From an uncultured Elusimicrobia bacterium (lineage in GTDB: Bacteria; Elusimicrobiota; Elusimicrobia; 2-01-FULL-59-12): a stretch of 64,000 nucleotides of DNA. This document shows positions 8,809 to 17,274 of the stretch, one piece after another. Within the stretch, counting starts at the first letter, position 1. The number at the start of each line of letters is the position of its first letter. Under the pieces are notes generated by a model that saw only the letters and a list, made by a program, of their open reading frames with translations, was not told the DNA's origin and made no database searches. The position numbers were made by a program, and so were the translations under genes. The stretch is from the NCBI GenBank assembly GCA_964604825.1, contig CAZSAL010000010.1, forward strand, positions 2,141 to 66,140. Reading direction: 5' to 3'.

Positions 8809-8895
8809 CGGAGGGAGAGGGATTCGAACCCCCGGTACCCTTTCGGGTACAAACGATTTCAAGTCGTTCGCTTTCGACCACTCAGCCATCCCTCC
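8809..8895 (-). tRNA. tRNA-Ser (anticodon TGA)
   Basis: The reverse complement reads GGAGGGATGGCTGAGTGGTCGAAAGCGAACGACTTGAAATCGTTTGTACCCGAAAGGGTACCGGGGGTTCGAATCCCTCTCCCTCCG. It has a 7-bp acceptor stem, anticodon stem AACGA/TCGTT with loop CTTGAAA giving anticodon UGA, a long variable arm (Ser type), a GTTCGAATC T-loop and discriminator G. CCA is not encoded. Confidence 0.85.
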
Positions 8896-9020
8896 AAAAA
8901 TTTGTTTACAACTCCATGCAGCCGACTTTACAGCCACATCGTACAAAAGCGTAAAACTCGGTATCACTCCGTTTCACTTCTCTGAATGAACAGGTGCGGC
9001 AGCTTCGGCCTTTCATTTAC

Positions 9021-9060
9021 CTTCAAGTCGTCCGCTTTCAACCGTTCCCAACCTCCAAAA
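9021..9060. repeat. degenerate duplicate of the tRNA-Ser 5' half plus 5 nt of its flank (about 80% identical)
   Basis: ttcaagtcgtccgctttcaaccgttcccaacctccaaaa aligns with ttcaagtcgttcgctttcgaccactcagccatccctccaaaaa at 8862-8900. Confidence 0.4.
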
Positions 9061-9065
9061 TCATT

Positions 9066-10214
9066 TTATCCAAGGCGCAGACCTGGGATCTGTTTTAATC
9101 CGATGGCGGTGACGCGTTCCGACAATGGAAATGAATGATCCCCCGGATAGACGATCCACAAATGCGAGAGACGGAGGTCCTTTAAGACCACATGAATCGA
9201 TTTCGTGAGACGCGGGGTCTCGGACACTTTAAACTCGAATCCCCATCGGCGGCTTCCCCGCGGCACAAAAAGATCCAGTTCCGCGCCGGCATGCGTCGCC
9301 CAGAAATAGACATCGCGTTCGCCGACAATCTTGAGAATCTGCTCGATGGCGAATCCCTCCCATGATGCGCCCAGCTTCGGATGCGCCTGAAGGTCCCGCC
9401 AAAGAGAAAACCTCATCAGGCTGTGGAACAACCCCGAATCCCGGATATAAATCTTGGGCGCCTTGACGACCCTTTTCCCCATATTCTCGTGCCACGGCGC
9501 CAATTGCCGAACCATGAAGGCGCCGCTCAATAAATCCAGGTAATCCCGAGTCGTCGTATGGGCCAGGCCCAGAGAGGCCGCGATCTCCGACGCATTCCAA
9601 ACCTGTCCATGATAATGAGCCAACATGCTCCAGAATCGACGCAGTTTTCCCGCCGGAATCCGAATGCCCAGACGGGGAATGTCACGCTCAAGAAAAGTGC
9701 GGATAAAATCGTCCCGCCACTGGAGGCTTTGGGACTCCGCCCGCGCCAGGAAAGACCCTGGAAATCCTCCCCGCAACCAGAGCTTTTGTTGGGCGCCCGG
9801 CCCCACCTCGTCCAGCGTAAATCCTCCCATATCTACAAAATGGATCCGTCCGGCCAGAGATTCCGAGGCGCCGCGCACCAGGTCAGGAGAAGCGCTCCCC
9901 AAAAGTAAAAACCGAGAGCGTCTGGGTCTGCGGTCCGCCAGCCCGCGGAGGACGCCGAAGATGTCAGGGCGAAGCGGAACTTCATCGAGGATGACAAGCC
10001 CCCGGAGCCCTTCCAGCGCCGTTCGGGGGTTTTGCAGCCGAGCATCATCGGCCGGATTCTCAAGATCGAAATAATGGCTTGCTTGACCCCGGGCGGCCTG
10101 TCGGGAGAGGGTGGTCTTCCCGCTTTGACGCGGGCCCAGGAGCGCCGTCACTGGATAATGATGGAGTCCCTGAGAGAGCCGGCGTGACAGCCGGGAGCGT
10201 GGGATAAGCGGCAT
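9066..10214 (-). CDS. AAA+ ATPase of the AAA_14/DUF4143 family
   Basis: Walker A GPRQSGKTTL, Walker B-like VILDEV, and the characteristic C-terminal DUF4143-like region (FWATHAGAELDLFV...). Confidence 0.7.
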   Translation of the reverse strand: MPLIPRSRLSRRLSQGLHHYPVTALLGPRQSGKTTLSRQAARGQASHYFDLENPADDARLQNPRTALEGLRGLVILDEVPLRPDIFGVLRGLADRRPRRSRFLLLGSASPDLVRGASESLAGRIHFVDMGGFTLDEVGPGAQQKLWLRGGFPGSFLARAESQSLQWRDDFIRTFLERDIPRLGIRIPAGKLRRFWSMLAHYHGQVWNASEIAASLGLAHTTTRDYLDLLSGAFMVRQLAPWHENMGKRVVKAPKIYIRDSGLFHSLMRFSLWRDLQAHPKLGASWEGFAIEQILKIVGERDVYFWATHAGAELDLFVPRGSRRWGFEFKVSETPRLTKSIHVVLKDLRLSHLWIVYPGDHSFPLSERVTAIGLKQIPGLRLG

Positions 10215-10381
10215 GGGGAGATTCTAGAAAACTGAGCCCATGGTAATCAAATTTCAAGGAAGATGCCGGGGACATGAACCCCCTGTTTTTTTGGCGTTCC
10301 GGCTTCGGTGCAGCGATGGTTTTGGGCCCGCTAAAATTGAGCCCGGGGGCTCTCCGCAACGTCAGTTTAATTTTATTCCAT

Positions 10382-10663
10382 TCACTGCTGTTTATCGTAC
10401 TGCTCTTCGATAATCTTCAGAGACCCGGTGACAGAGGCATTTTCGCTAGGCAGACAAATGACGCGATCTTTTCCATACTCGCTGCGTAAAACAGTAAGCA
10501 CTTCATCCAGCCAGGAAGGACCCACGGCAAGAACACCGCTGAAGTCGAGCTCAATTCGGTCGCCCGGCTGCGGTTTGAAATAAGCTTTGATAGCCAGTCC
10601 GGCTTCCCGACCCGAAGGCCTGGACGTCAGGATTTCTCCAAACTTTCTCACTTCAACTTTCAC
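10382..10663 (-). CDS. STAS-like DUF4325 family protein
   Basis: A ~90-aa protein (ELDFSGVLAVGPSWLDEVL) of the type that follows HATPase-type ATP-binding proteins. It overlaps the upstream gene by 4 nt. Confidence 0.55.
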   Translation of the reverse strand: MKVEVRKFGEILTSRPSGREAGLAIKAYFKPQPGDRIELDFSGVLAVGPSWLDEVLTVLRSEYGKDRVICLPSENASVTGSLKIIEEQYDKQQ

Positions 10664-11436
10664 TGCAACCCCCAGACTAAAAGGGTGACGGTGCCTTCAA
10701 CGTTGCCAAAATGCTTATCTAAAACAGTTGCGCACTTCTCCCCTTGTTCACCATAAAATACACGGCCAGTTCCAGAAACACAGGCTAGGCCACAATTCGG
10801 ACTGGTCGAAACAGTTTCTCTGACAAACTTAAGTCCGTTGCCGCGCTGCTCCGGAGCACGGCCAGAAATATTGGTTTCAAATGCGGCTTTCACAGCTGCA
10901 TGTTCATCTGCCAGATCAGGAAGAACCTTGACCAGGGACCGGAATATTCCTTGTCCCCTGTCAGCGATGCAGATCCAGAACCTCCGTCCAGTGATCTGCG
11001 ACTCGAACCAGCAGCCGGGAACGTCCCTCCACTGCCCGATATTATGGTCGAACGAATTATTACCAACTTCGCCAGCCGTCGAAATAACCAGAGGCAAAAG
11101 GTTTTCCTGCAGTCCGTTTCTGACAAAAGATTTCAGATGAGGCAGTCTGGCAGTGAAAATATCACGCGTCTCGCATACCAGTGACTCCGGACTTTTGGGC
11201 GCAGCCTGCTCACTCATCCATCCGGAAGCCGCTCCGAAATCCGGTACCCCGGCTAATGCGTAATGCACCAAAGGAGCTGACCCTTTGGCCTCAATAATTC
11301 CTTGCTCTGTGAGATCCTTTAAATGACGGTGAATAGCCTGAGCAGAAATGTTCAAGGACTTCCGTAAATCAAAAGGCCTGATTTTTCCGCTTTTCTCAAT
11401 TATTTCAAGGATTTGAGCTCGTGTATTTGTTTTCAT
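10660..11436 (-). CDS. winged-HTH transcriptional regulator fused to an anti-sigma-factor-like HATPase domain
   Basis: N-terminal wHTH (LNISAQAIHRHLKDLTEQGIIEAKG). C-terminal Bergerat boxes GEVGNNSFDHN (N-box), ICIADRGQGI (G1) and RGNGLKFV (G2). Confidence 0.6.
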   Translation of the reverse strand: MKTNTRAQILEIIEKSGKIRPFDLRKSLNISAQAIHRHLKDLTEQGIIEAKGSAPLVHYALAGVPDFGAASGWMSEQAAPKSPESLVCETRDIFTARLPHLKSFVRNGLQENLLPLVISTAGEVGNNSFDHNIGQWRDVPGCWFESQITGRRFWICIADRGQGIFRSLVKVLPDLADEHAAVKAAFETNISGRAPEQRGNGLKFVRETVSTSPNCGLACVSGTGRVFYGEQGEKCATVLDKHFGNVEGTVTLLVWGLQ

Positions 11437-11440
11437 TATT

Positions 11441-11480
11441 GATAGTTTATAGTATACTATGAACTATAAACTATAGCAAT
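11441..11480. promoter_or_regulatory. AT-rich inverted repeat (tagtttatagt-N9-actataaacta) immediately upstream of the wHTH-HATPase gene. Candidate operator.
   Basis: A perfect 11-nt inverted repeat a few nt upstream of the start codon at 11436. Confidence 0.3.
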
Positions 11481-11497
11481 AGCTAATTATACAGGCC

Positions 11498-11776
11498 TTA
11501 TTTTCCTGAACGGCGTTTTCGCAGGACAAGACGTATCGCTATCCAGGGCGCCAAAAAGAACAGATAAGTGAATACTTTTGCCAGGCCGAGGCCGCAGTAG
11601 GCAACCAGGGCGCATTCGTGCGGCGAGAGGCCGAACCACTGCTGGCCCTGCCGGTAGACCAAACCCGTTCCCCACTTGAATACGCCGAACCAGATGCTGA
11701 TAAAAACAATACCGATCAAAAAACAGCGCCAGAGGATGCCGCTGACGGCATCCAGCAGTTCGTTCAGGTCGTTCAT
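11498..11776 (-). CDS. small membrane protein (2 TM), hypothetical
   Basis: Hydrophobic helices WRCFLIGIVFISIWFGVF and CALVAYCGLGLAKVFTYLFFLAPWIAI. Confidence 0.35.
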   Translation of the reverse strand: MNDLNELLDAVSGILWRCFLIGIVFISIWFGVFKWGTGLVYRQGQQWFGLSPHECALVAYCGLGLAKVFTYLFFLAPWIAIRLVLRKRRSGK

Positions 11777-11806
11777 GCTCCCCTCCTGTTAAGGGACTTC
11801 AGCTTA

Positions 11807-12103
11807 TCAGGGTTTTGTTGTCTTATCCGTAGTGGTCCCGCCGATTTGCGTGATACCCATGCCGAGAAGCCGGTTCAGGAATCCCGGCAGCGAGTGCCAG
11901 TCCTGCGCGGCGCTGTTGACGTTAGTCACCGTGGAGCCCGAGGGCACGCGCTCGGCCGCCAGGACTTTCGGATCTTTGGGAATCTGAAGAAAAAACAGAT
12001 TCATGGAATAACCGGTAGCCGTAAATCGCTTATTGTACTGCTGCACTTCGGAACAACCTGCCAACAGAACACCCGCTACAATCAGTAAGCCCAGGTAACG
12101 CAT
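11807..12103 (-). CDS. lipoprotein, hypothetical
   Basis: Signal peptide with lipobox LLAGC (MRYLGLLIVAGVLLAGCSE). Confidence 0.45.
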   Translation of the reverse strand: MRYLGLLIVAGVLLAGCSEVQQYNKRFTATGYSMNLFFLQIPKDPKVLAAERVPSGSTVTNVNSAAQDWHSLPGFLNRLLGMGITQIGGTTTDKTTKP

Positions 12104-12204
12104 GATGCCTCCCTTTTATTTAAGGATACGGCTGATTGACCGGCGTATTCTATATATTTTTTGTGTTATTGCCGGCCCAGGGAGCAAGGCGGAGAAGCAT
12201 GAAT

Positions 12205-12798
12205 TTATTGATCGAAAGCCTTAAGTACGATCTCTTCGGCGCGGCGAAGCCAGCCCGCGCGCTGTTCCGGCGTGCTTATGATCACCATGCTGAAGGTTTC
12301 GCGATAGACTTTTTTCACTCCGCAAAGGTCGAAGATGCACCGCTTCCAGAGCGTTTCCAGCGGATCGCCGAATGCCGCGAGCTCGCGGTCGGGCGGCGTG
12401 TTTGCGGTATTGAATACCACTGCTGACTTTGCGCGGAGCAGGCCTACAGGCACTCCTTCGCCCTTATCATTAGTATCAAAGCGATAGGCCAGGCCCATGC
12501 GCAACACGCGGTCCACCCAGCCTTTGAGGATCGCGGGGGGCTGCCCCCACCAGTTCGGATGGATAATAACAACGCCGTCCGCATTCACAATTTCGCGGCA
12601 TTGTGAATCGATGTCTTTCGGTACGGGCAGCGTCGTATCCAGTTCTCCTTTTGTGAAAAGAGGATCAAACTTCTCCGCATAAAGATCGTGGAGCTTCGGG
12701 TTATGGCCGTTTTTTCGGAGCGCTTCCGCGACCGTGCGGGCAATGGCATGGTTGAAGCTTTCCGGATTGGGATGGGCCAGAATAATGGAAATGTTCAC
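12205..12798 (-). CDS. NAD(P)H dehydrogenase (quinone) / flavodoxin-like fold (Flavodoxin_2) protein
   Basis: MNISIILAHPNPESFNHAIA...VVIIHPNWWGQPPAILKGWVDRV is typical of the NQO/azoreductase-like family. Confidence 0.75.
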   Translation of the reverse strand: MNISIILAHPNPESFNHAIARTVAEALRKNGHNPKLHDLYAEKFDPLFTKGELDTTLPVPKDIDSQCREIVNADGVVIIHPNWWGQPPAILKGWVDRVLRMGLAYRFDTNDKGEGVPVGLLRAKSAVVFNTANTPPDRELAAFGDPLETLWKRCIFDLCGVKKVYRETFSMVIISTPEQRAGWLRRAEEIVLKAFDQ

Positions 12799-13253
12799 CG
12801 GAACATTCTAGCTCTTGGTTGGCCCTGCTTACACCACTGCAGGAAAGTTGCGGGGCTGCTGGCGAAAAAGCTTCCGGCGGAAGCTTCTTCGCCATCCCAA
12901 AAACACTTGCCATTTCCAGCTTCCCTGCCGTTATTTCTTATCCCAAGTCTGGACATGCGGCGAGTGAGTTAATCGCCGCAAGTCCCGTCGAAGAGGAATA
13001 GCGAACGGGATTTCCTTAGGGGGAAAGGAAAACAAAAGGTTGGATCGAGTGCGGGGAGAGCTGGTGAGCGAGTCGCCGGTTTCAGCGAAGCAGGACAGCC
13101 GGTATCGCTGTGCCGACCGGCTGTTTTGGAGGCCGGTGAGGCTGGACTGCGGAGCGGCCCGCCAGACTCCTGGCGGGAGAAACCGCCGCTTGAGCGAACG
13201 GATCGCCCCGTACTCGATCAAGACTTTGAATAAACACCCAAAGGATTTCCTGC

Positions 13254-14072
13254 TTAGAAGTCTATGCCCATGCCTAATCCCATATAGCTTTCCTGCTGGG
13301 TATAGAACTGCCCGAAGATGGAATGCCCGGTGAAATAACTGCCGAACACGCGGAATTTGCGGGGATTGCCGGCAAATCCCACAGCCAGACCGATCTGCGT
13401 ATTGGAGTTGACGTTCCATTTGACTTCCTGTTTAGACTGGACGTCTTCGCCGAGATAGGCAAAAAATTCAGTAGTCCCTGCGCCGCGCCACAGCGGGCTG
13501 CGCAATTCGAATCCTGTCTGCAGCGTCACGGTTCCAACATTTGGATCAGTATGAACCAGCTGCGTTTCGCCCGCGTAAAAGCGGGTGAGCCTCCAGGGTT
13601 CTACCGCAAACATGCTCTGGAAACCTTCGCGGCTGTAGGGAATCCTCTGCATGCCGGTCTGCTCTATGAAAGTGTCTCCCAGATGGCTGCTTTTGTGAAA
13701 TCCCGTAAATCTGGCGGAATAAATCCCGTGGCGCACCTCGAACGGCACGTTGATGATCAAATCCAGCGCTTCCATGGCGGCGGGATTCGAAAGAATGAAA
13801 CGGGGAATTATAACTCCGGATACGTCCAGCTGCAGCGGCCAGTCGTTCTTTTCGCCGGCATCCCAGCGCCTGATTCCCCAGTTGTTGCCTACGGAAAAAT
13901 CAGTCGTGTCCTGGCCCTTGAGACGGAAATACTGTCCTGCGGTCTGGACTTCTTCCGGATCCGCTGAAATTTTCGGGAATATGCGCCCTCCTTCAGGAAA
14001 CCACTGGGCGGAAACAGGCATCGTGAGGAATAAAAAAATAAGTATTGACGCAGGGAAGACAGGAAAACGCAT
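13254..14072 (-). CDS. putative outer-membrane beta-barrel protein
   Basis: N-terminal signal peptide (..TMPVSAQW), alternating amphipathic strands, and C-terminal ..GMGIDF ending in an aromatic residue. Confidence 0.45.
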   Translation of the reverse strand: MRFPVFPASILIFLFLTMPVSAQWFPEGGRIFPKISADPEEVQTAGQYFRLKGQDTTDFSVGNNWGIRRWDAGEKNDWPLQLDVSGVIIPRFILSNPAAMEALDLIINVPFEVRHGIYSARFTGFHKSSHLGDTFIEQTGMQRIPYSREGFQSMFAVEPWRLTRFYAGETQLVHTDPNVGTVTLQTGFELRSPLWRGAGTTEFFAYLGEDVQSKQEVKWNVNSNTQIGLAVGFAGNPRKFRVFGSYFTGHSIFGQFYTQQESYMGLGMGIDF

Positions 14073-14126
14073 GCCCGTTAGACGCCGATATGCGGCGACA
14101 GGTTGCTGTTTGAAGCGGTTAGGATG

Positions 14127-14207
14127 CCATTCCCGAAATATGTTATCGGGAATCTAGAAGTTCCCATGAAAAAGGCTGGGGCCCCCGATAACAAAATTCG
14201 GGGGCGA
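14127..14207. repeat. two-hairpin repeat element, copy D (attcccga-N9-tcgggaat ... cccccga-N9-tcggggg), intergenic
   Basis: Read directly. It lies between two minus-strand secreted/outer-membrane protein genes. Confidence 0.45.
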
Positions 14208-14226
14208 CATCAACGGAAAACGTCAT

Positions 14227-14913
14227 CTAGTCTCTTATGCGGTTCTCCTGGTATGACTGCGCCGGCCCGCTGACTACGGCGTGCTTGTTGCCGGGCAATC
14301 CCGCCTGCGTGTAGGGCACCACGACTTTGAATCCCGGATCCAGATAATAGCGAACGCGGTTTGTCTGCTGAACGCCGCCGTCAAGCTTTGTCAGCCATTG
14401 TTCGACACAGGCCTGCGGCATACCTTCGGTAATGGCTGAGGCAAGATCTTTGATTTCTTTGGTCCGGGATTTCATGTCGCCCTGCCGCCAATCAACCGGA
14501 TTGAACCACTTCACGGTCGCCGCATAGGACTGGAAGCCGCCCAGTTTCAGGCTGAGGCGATGCTTCCCCGCAGCAATTGCGGGCGTGTAATCGTCCGCTG
14601 AAAAGCATCCTTCCCAGTCGCCCTTGGGCGCAAGCCCAGGCGGGCCGCTGAAAGCGCCTGTACGGTTAGACGGCTGCCCATCAATAATCAACTCCGAAGC
14701 GGAAACCCAGCCGGCAAGATCCGCGGGCGTGTAGGCGGGATTAAATACATGAACATAGATCAACTGATTGAAAGAGGATGGGTGGCTTGTCCCTACAATC
14801 CGGACCGTCAGATTTTTTTCATCGGCAAAAGCCCCGCCGGAAAGCGGCAACGAACAAAGAAGAAAACCCAGTGCAATTATTCTTGCAGCGCTGCGATACG
14901 AATTAATATCCAT
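14227..14913 (-). CDS. secreted hypothetical protein
   Basis: Signal peptide ...SGGAFADE. No recognisable domain. Confidence 0.45.
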   Translation of the reverse strand: MDINSYRSAARIIALGFLLCSLPLSGGAFADEKNLTVRIVGTSHPSSFNQLIYVHVFNPAYTPADLAGWVSASELIIDGQPSNRTGAFSGPPGLAPKGDWEGCFSADDYTPAIAAGKHRLSLKLGGFQSYAATVKWFNPVDWRQGDMKSRTKEIKDLASAITEGMPQACVEQWLTKLDGGVQQTNRVRYYLDPGFKVVVPYTQAGLPGNKHAVVSGPAQSYQENRIRD

Positions 14914-14925
14914 ACCATAATAATA

Positions 14926-15720
14926 CTACTCGGGGCGGCGGGGTTCGCCTATAGTCTCGCGGGGCAGGGTTCCCGGAGATTTGGGAAACGTAAATCCATA
15001 TGTTAACCCCGTAGTAAACTGCCAATCGTCTGCGCCGCTGGAAAGCCCCCTGCGGACCCCTGCGTCGAAGAAAAGATCCGGCCTGGGCGATTCCCAAATG
15101 AGGCCCAGGAGGCCGGAGTTATTGGGGAGAAACTCGTGCTGCCCCTGCCCGTCGATTTCGCCCACGATCCGCAGCTTTTGGGTTATGGGACGCTCGGCAA
15201 TCGTTCCCCAGGAAACGAACCCGTCCTGATCAAACTGGTCCACACCGCCGCCAAGGTTAATGTGAAAAGTCATTCCAAGCAGGCGGTGGCTCCAAATGCC
15301 GGTTTCCTGAAATCCCACGAAGTGTTCCCCCGGCTCGCCGGACGGAAGCAGGAGCGCGGTTTCAAAGGCGACGCTGTCTCCGGGCCGGTCCTGCAGGAAG
15401 CCTTCCTTCGCTACAACCTTAAGGTTCAGTTCGTTTTCCCCCACATGAGTCGACGCTCCATTGGTCCTGTTCACATTGAATTGGCCGACCGCTTCCATCC
15501 CATCCCAGATGCCGTAGTTGATCACTACCTGCGGAATGGTGTAGGTCGTGGCATCCCCGTTTCGGGCCGCATTGAAATACCCCAGCTCAGTTTCGACTTC
15601 GTGCAGGCCCGCGACTGCCGCGTCAGTTGCGATAAAAGGCCGGTAAGCATACGCCGCGCCCGCTCCGGCAAAAATAATCGCCGTTATTATTTTTAGTCGC
15701 CTCATAAGCATCGCGCACAT
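14926..15720 (-). CDS. outer-membrane transporter-like protein (MetA-pathway/phenol-degradation-like beta-barrel family)
   Basis: Signal peptide followed by the YRPFIATDAAVAG...ETELGY motif characteristic of that family. About 265 aa. Confidence 0.5.
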   Translation of the reverse strand: MCAMLMRRLKIITAIIFAGAGAAYAYRPFIATDAAVAGLHEVETELGYFNAARNGDATTYTIPQVVINYGIWDGMEAVGQFNVNRTNGASTHVGENELNLKVVAKEGFLQDRPGDSVAFETALLLPSGEPGEHFVGFQETGIWSHRLLGMTFHINLGGGVDQFDQDGFVSWGTIAERPITQKLRIVGEIDGQGQHEFLPNNSGLLGLIWESPRPDLFFDAGVRRGLSSGADDWQFTTGLTYGFTFPKSPGTLPRETIGEPRRPE

Positions 15721-15766
15721 TATACCGCGACGGGAACTTACCGCATGGGAACGTTATAATGAAGTT

Positions 15767-17161
15767 GTGACCTCCAGACACAAAGTCTTCATCGTTACGC
15801 TTGGGTGCGCCAAAAACACGGCGGACACCGATAACCTGACGCGCCTGCTCAAGGCGCGCGGCTGCCTTATCGCCGCAAACCCTGAAGAGGCGGATGCCAT
15901 CATTGTTCACACCTGTTCTTTCATCGAAGCGGCCAAGAAGCAGTCCATCGAAGCGATACTGCAGGCCGGCGGCATCAAGACTGGAAAACAGAAATTATTC
16001 GCAACCGGGTGTCTGATCCAGCAGCACGGCGCCGAACTTTTCAAGGAGATGCCCGAGGTTGACGCTTTCCTCGGTACCGGCCAGCTCGCGCAGATTCCCG
16101 GCCTGCTGGAGAAACCGCGCAATCGCTTTATCAACCGGGCCCGTCCCGGCGGCTTCATGGACGCCCCACGACAGTCAAAAAATGCGGATTTCGGAGTGTG
16201 GAGTTCGGAATTAGGAATTTCTAACAAAAACAACCTGCTTCCACATTCCGCATTCCACATTCCGCAATTCCCAAAAGCGAGTGCCTACCTGCGTCTTTCA
16301 GAGGGCTGCAGCCATCCGTGCTCGTTCTGCGTCATCCCCCGAATCCGCGGGGCGGTGCAGAGCCGCAGCGAAGATGCGATCCTGCGCGAAGCCCGCGAGC
16401 TTGCCGAGCATGGCGTCGAAGAATTCAGCGTGATTGCCCAGGATACGGGTGATTGGGGCAGGGATACCCGGTCCCGGAACCGTCTGCCGGAGCTGCTGCG
16501 CGCCATAGGGAAAATCCCGGGGGTACGCTGGGTGCGCCTGATGTACATGCACCCCGCTTCATTTTCAGATGATCTGCTCGAAGTTTTCGCGGAACAACCG
16601 GATAAATTCCCATATCTGGATATGCCGCTGCAGCATATAGACTCACAAATTCTCTCCAGGATGAGGCGCAAAATCGACGAGAAGAATACCCGGCTGCTGA
16701 TCGAACGGGTACGAAAACGCGCGCCCGATCTCAGCCTGCGGACAACTTTACTGGCGGGATTCCCCGGAGAAACAGCGGCCCAGTTCAGGCGTCTCGTTGA
16801 GTTTGTGAAGGAGGGGCACTTCGATTATCTGGGAGCTTTCGCTTATTCTAGGGAGGAAGGGACCGTCGCCGGCAGGATGCCCGGGCAGATTTCACAGAAG
16901 GTAAAGCAGGAGCGCCAGACCACTTTGACCGATGCCTATTATGATACGGCCCACACCAGGGCGCAGAAACGCATAGGCAAGGCGGAGATTATCCTGATTG
17001 AAGAAACCGAAGGGAACGAAGTGCTCGGGCGCACCCGCAGGGAAGCGCCGGAAATTGATGCGATTGTCAGGCTTCCTCAAAAAGCTGCGCGCCGCGGACG
17101 TTTTGTCACAGCAAAACTCACCGGCTACGATGCCTTTGAGTATACGGCCCAACCTCTTTAA
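15767..17161 (+). CDS. rimO: ribosomal protein S12 methylthiotransferase RimO (MiaB-like radical-SAM methylthiotransferase) with a ~30-aa in-frame insertion
   Basis: N-terminal MTTase domain LGCAKN, radical-SAM CSHPCSFC, and a C-terminal TRAM domain. The extra segment NADFGVWSSELGISNKNNLLPHSAFHIPQFPK is encoded by a heptamer-repeat inverted array at 16183-16272. Confidence 0.8.
   Translation: MTSRHKVFIVTLGCAKNTADTDNLTRLLKARGCLIAANPEEADAIIVHTCSFIEAAKKQSIEAILQAGGIKTGKQKLFATGCLIQQHGAELFKEMPEVDAFLGTGQLAQIPGLLEKPRNRFINRARPGGFMDAPRQSKNADFGVWSSELGISNKNNLLPHSAFHIPQFPKASAYLRLSEGCSHPCSFCVIPRIRGAVQSRSEDAILREARELAEHGVEEFSVIAQDTGDWGRDTRSRNRLPELLRAIGKIPGVRWVRLMYMHPASFSDDLLEVFAEQPDKFPYLDMPLQHIDSQILSRMRRKIDEKNTRLLIERVRKRAPDLSLRTTLLAGFPGETAAQFRRLVEFVKEGHFDYLGAFAYSREEGTVAGRMPGQISQKVKQERQTTLTDAYYDTAHTRAQKRIGKAEIILIEETEGNEVLGRTRREAPEIDAIVRLPQKAARRGRFVTAKLTGYDAFEYTAQPL
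16183..16272. repeat. inverted array of tKYggaR heptamers (tgcggat ttcggag tgtggag ttcggaa ... ccacattccgcatt ccacattccgcaatt), in-frame inside rimO
   Basis: Left and right arms are reverse complements of each other's heptamer units. The tandem ccacattccgca(a)tt x2 is read directly. Confidence 0.5.
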
Positions 17162-17172
17162 AGATTTGCGCT

Positions 17173-17262
17173 GTCATCCCCGAATACCGCTATCGGGGAT
17201 CCATAAAATTAAAAATCCTCTATAACGACAAGGATTCCCGATTACGACCTCGGGAATGACAT
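17173..17262. repeat. two-hairpin repeat element, copy A (tcatccccga-N9-tcggggatcc ... attcccga-N8-tcgggaatgaca), downstream of rimO
   Basis: Read directly. Homologous copies at 30216-30290, 54622-54692 and 14127-14207. Confidence 0.55.
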
Positions 17263-17274
17263 GGGGGGGGCTGG

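Noticed and set aside
9229-10074. Several 120-150-aa ORFs on both strands inside the AAA ATPase gene
   Set aside because: High-GC antisense/frame artefacts. The AAA ATPase frame carries Walker motifs.
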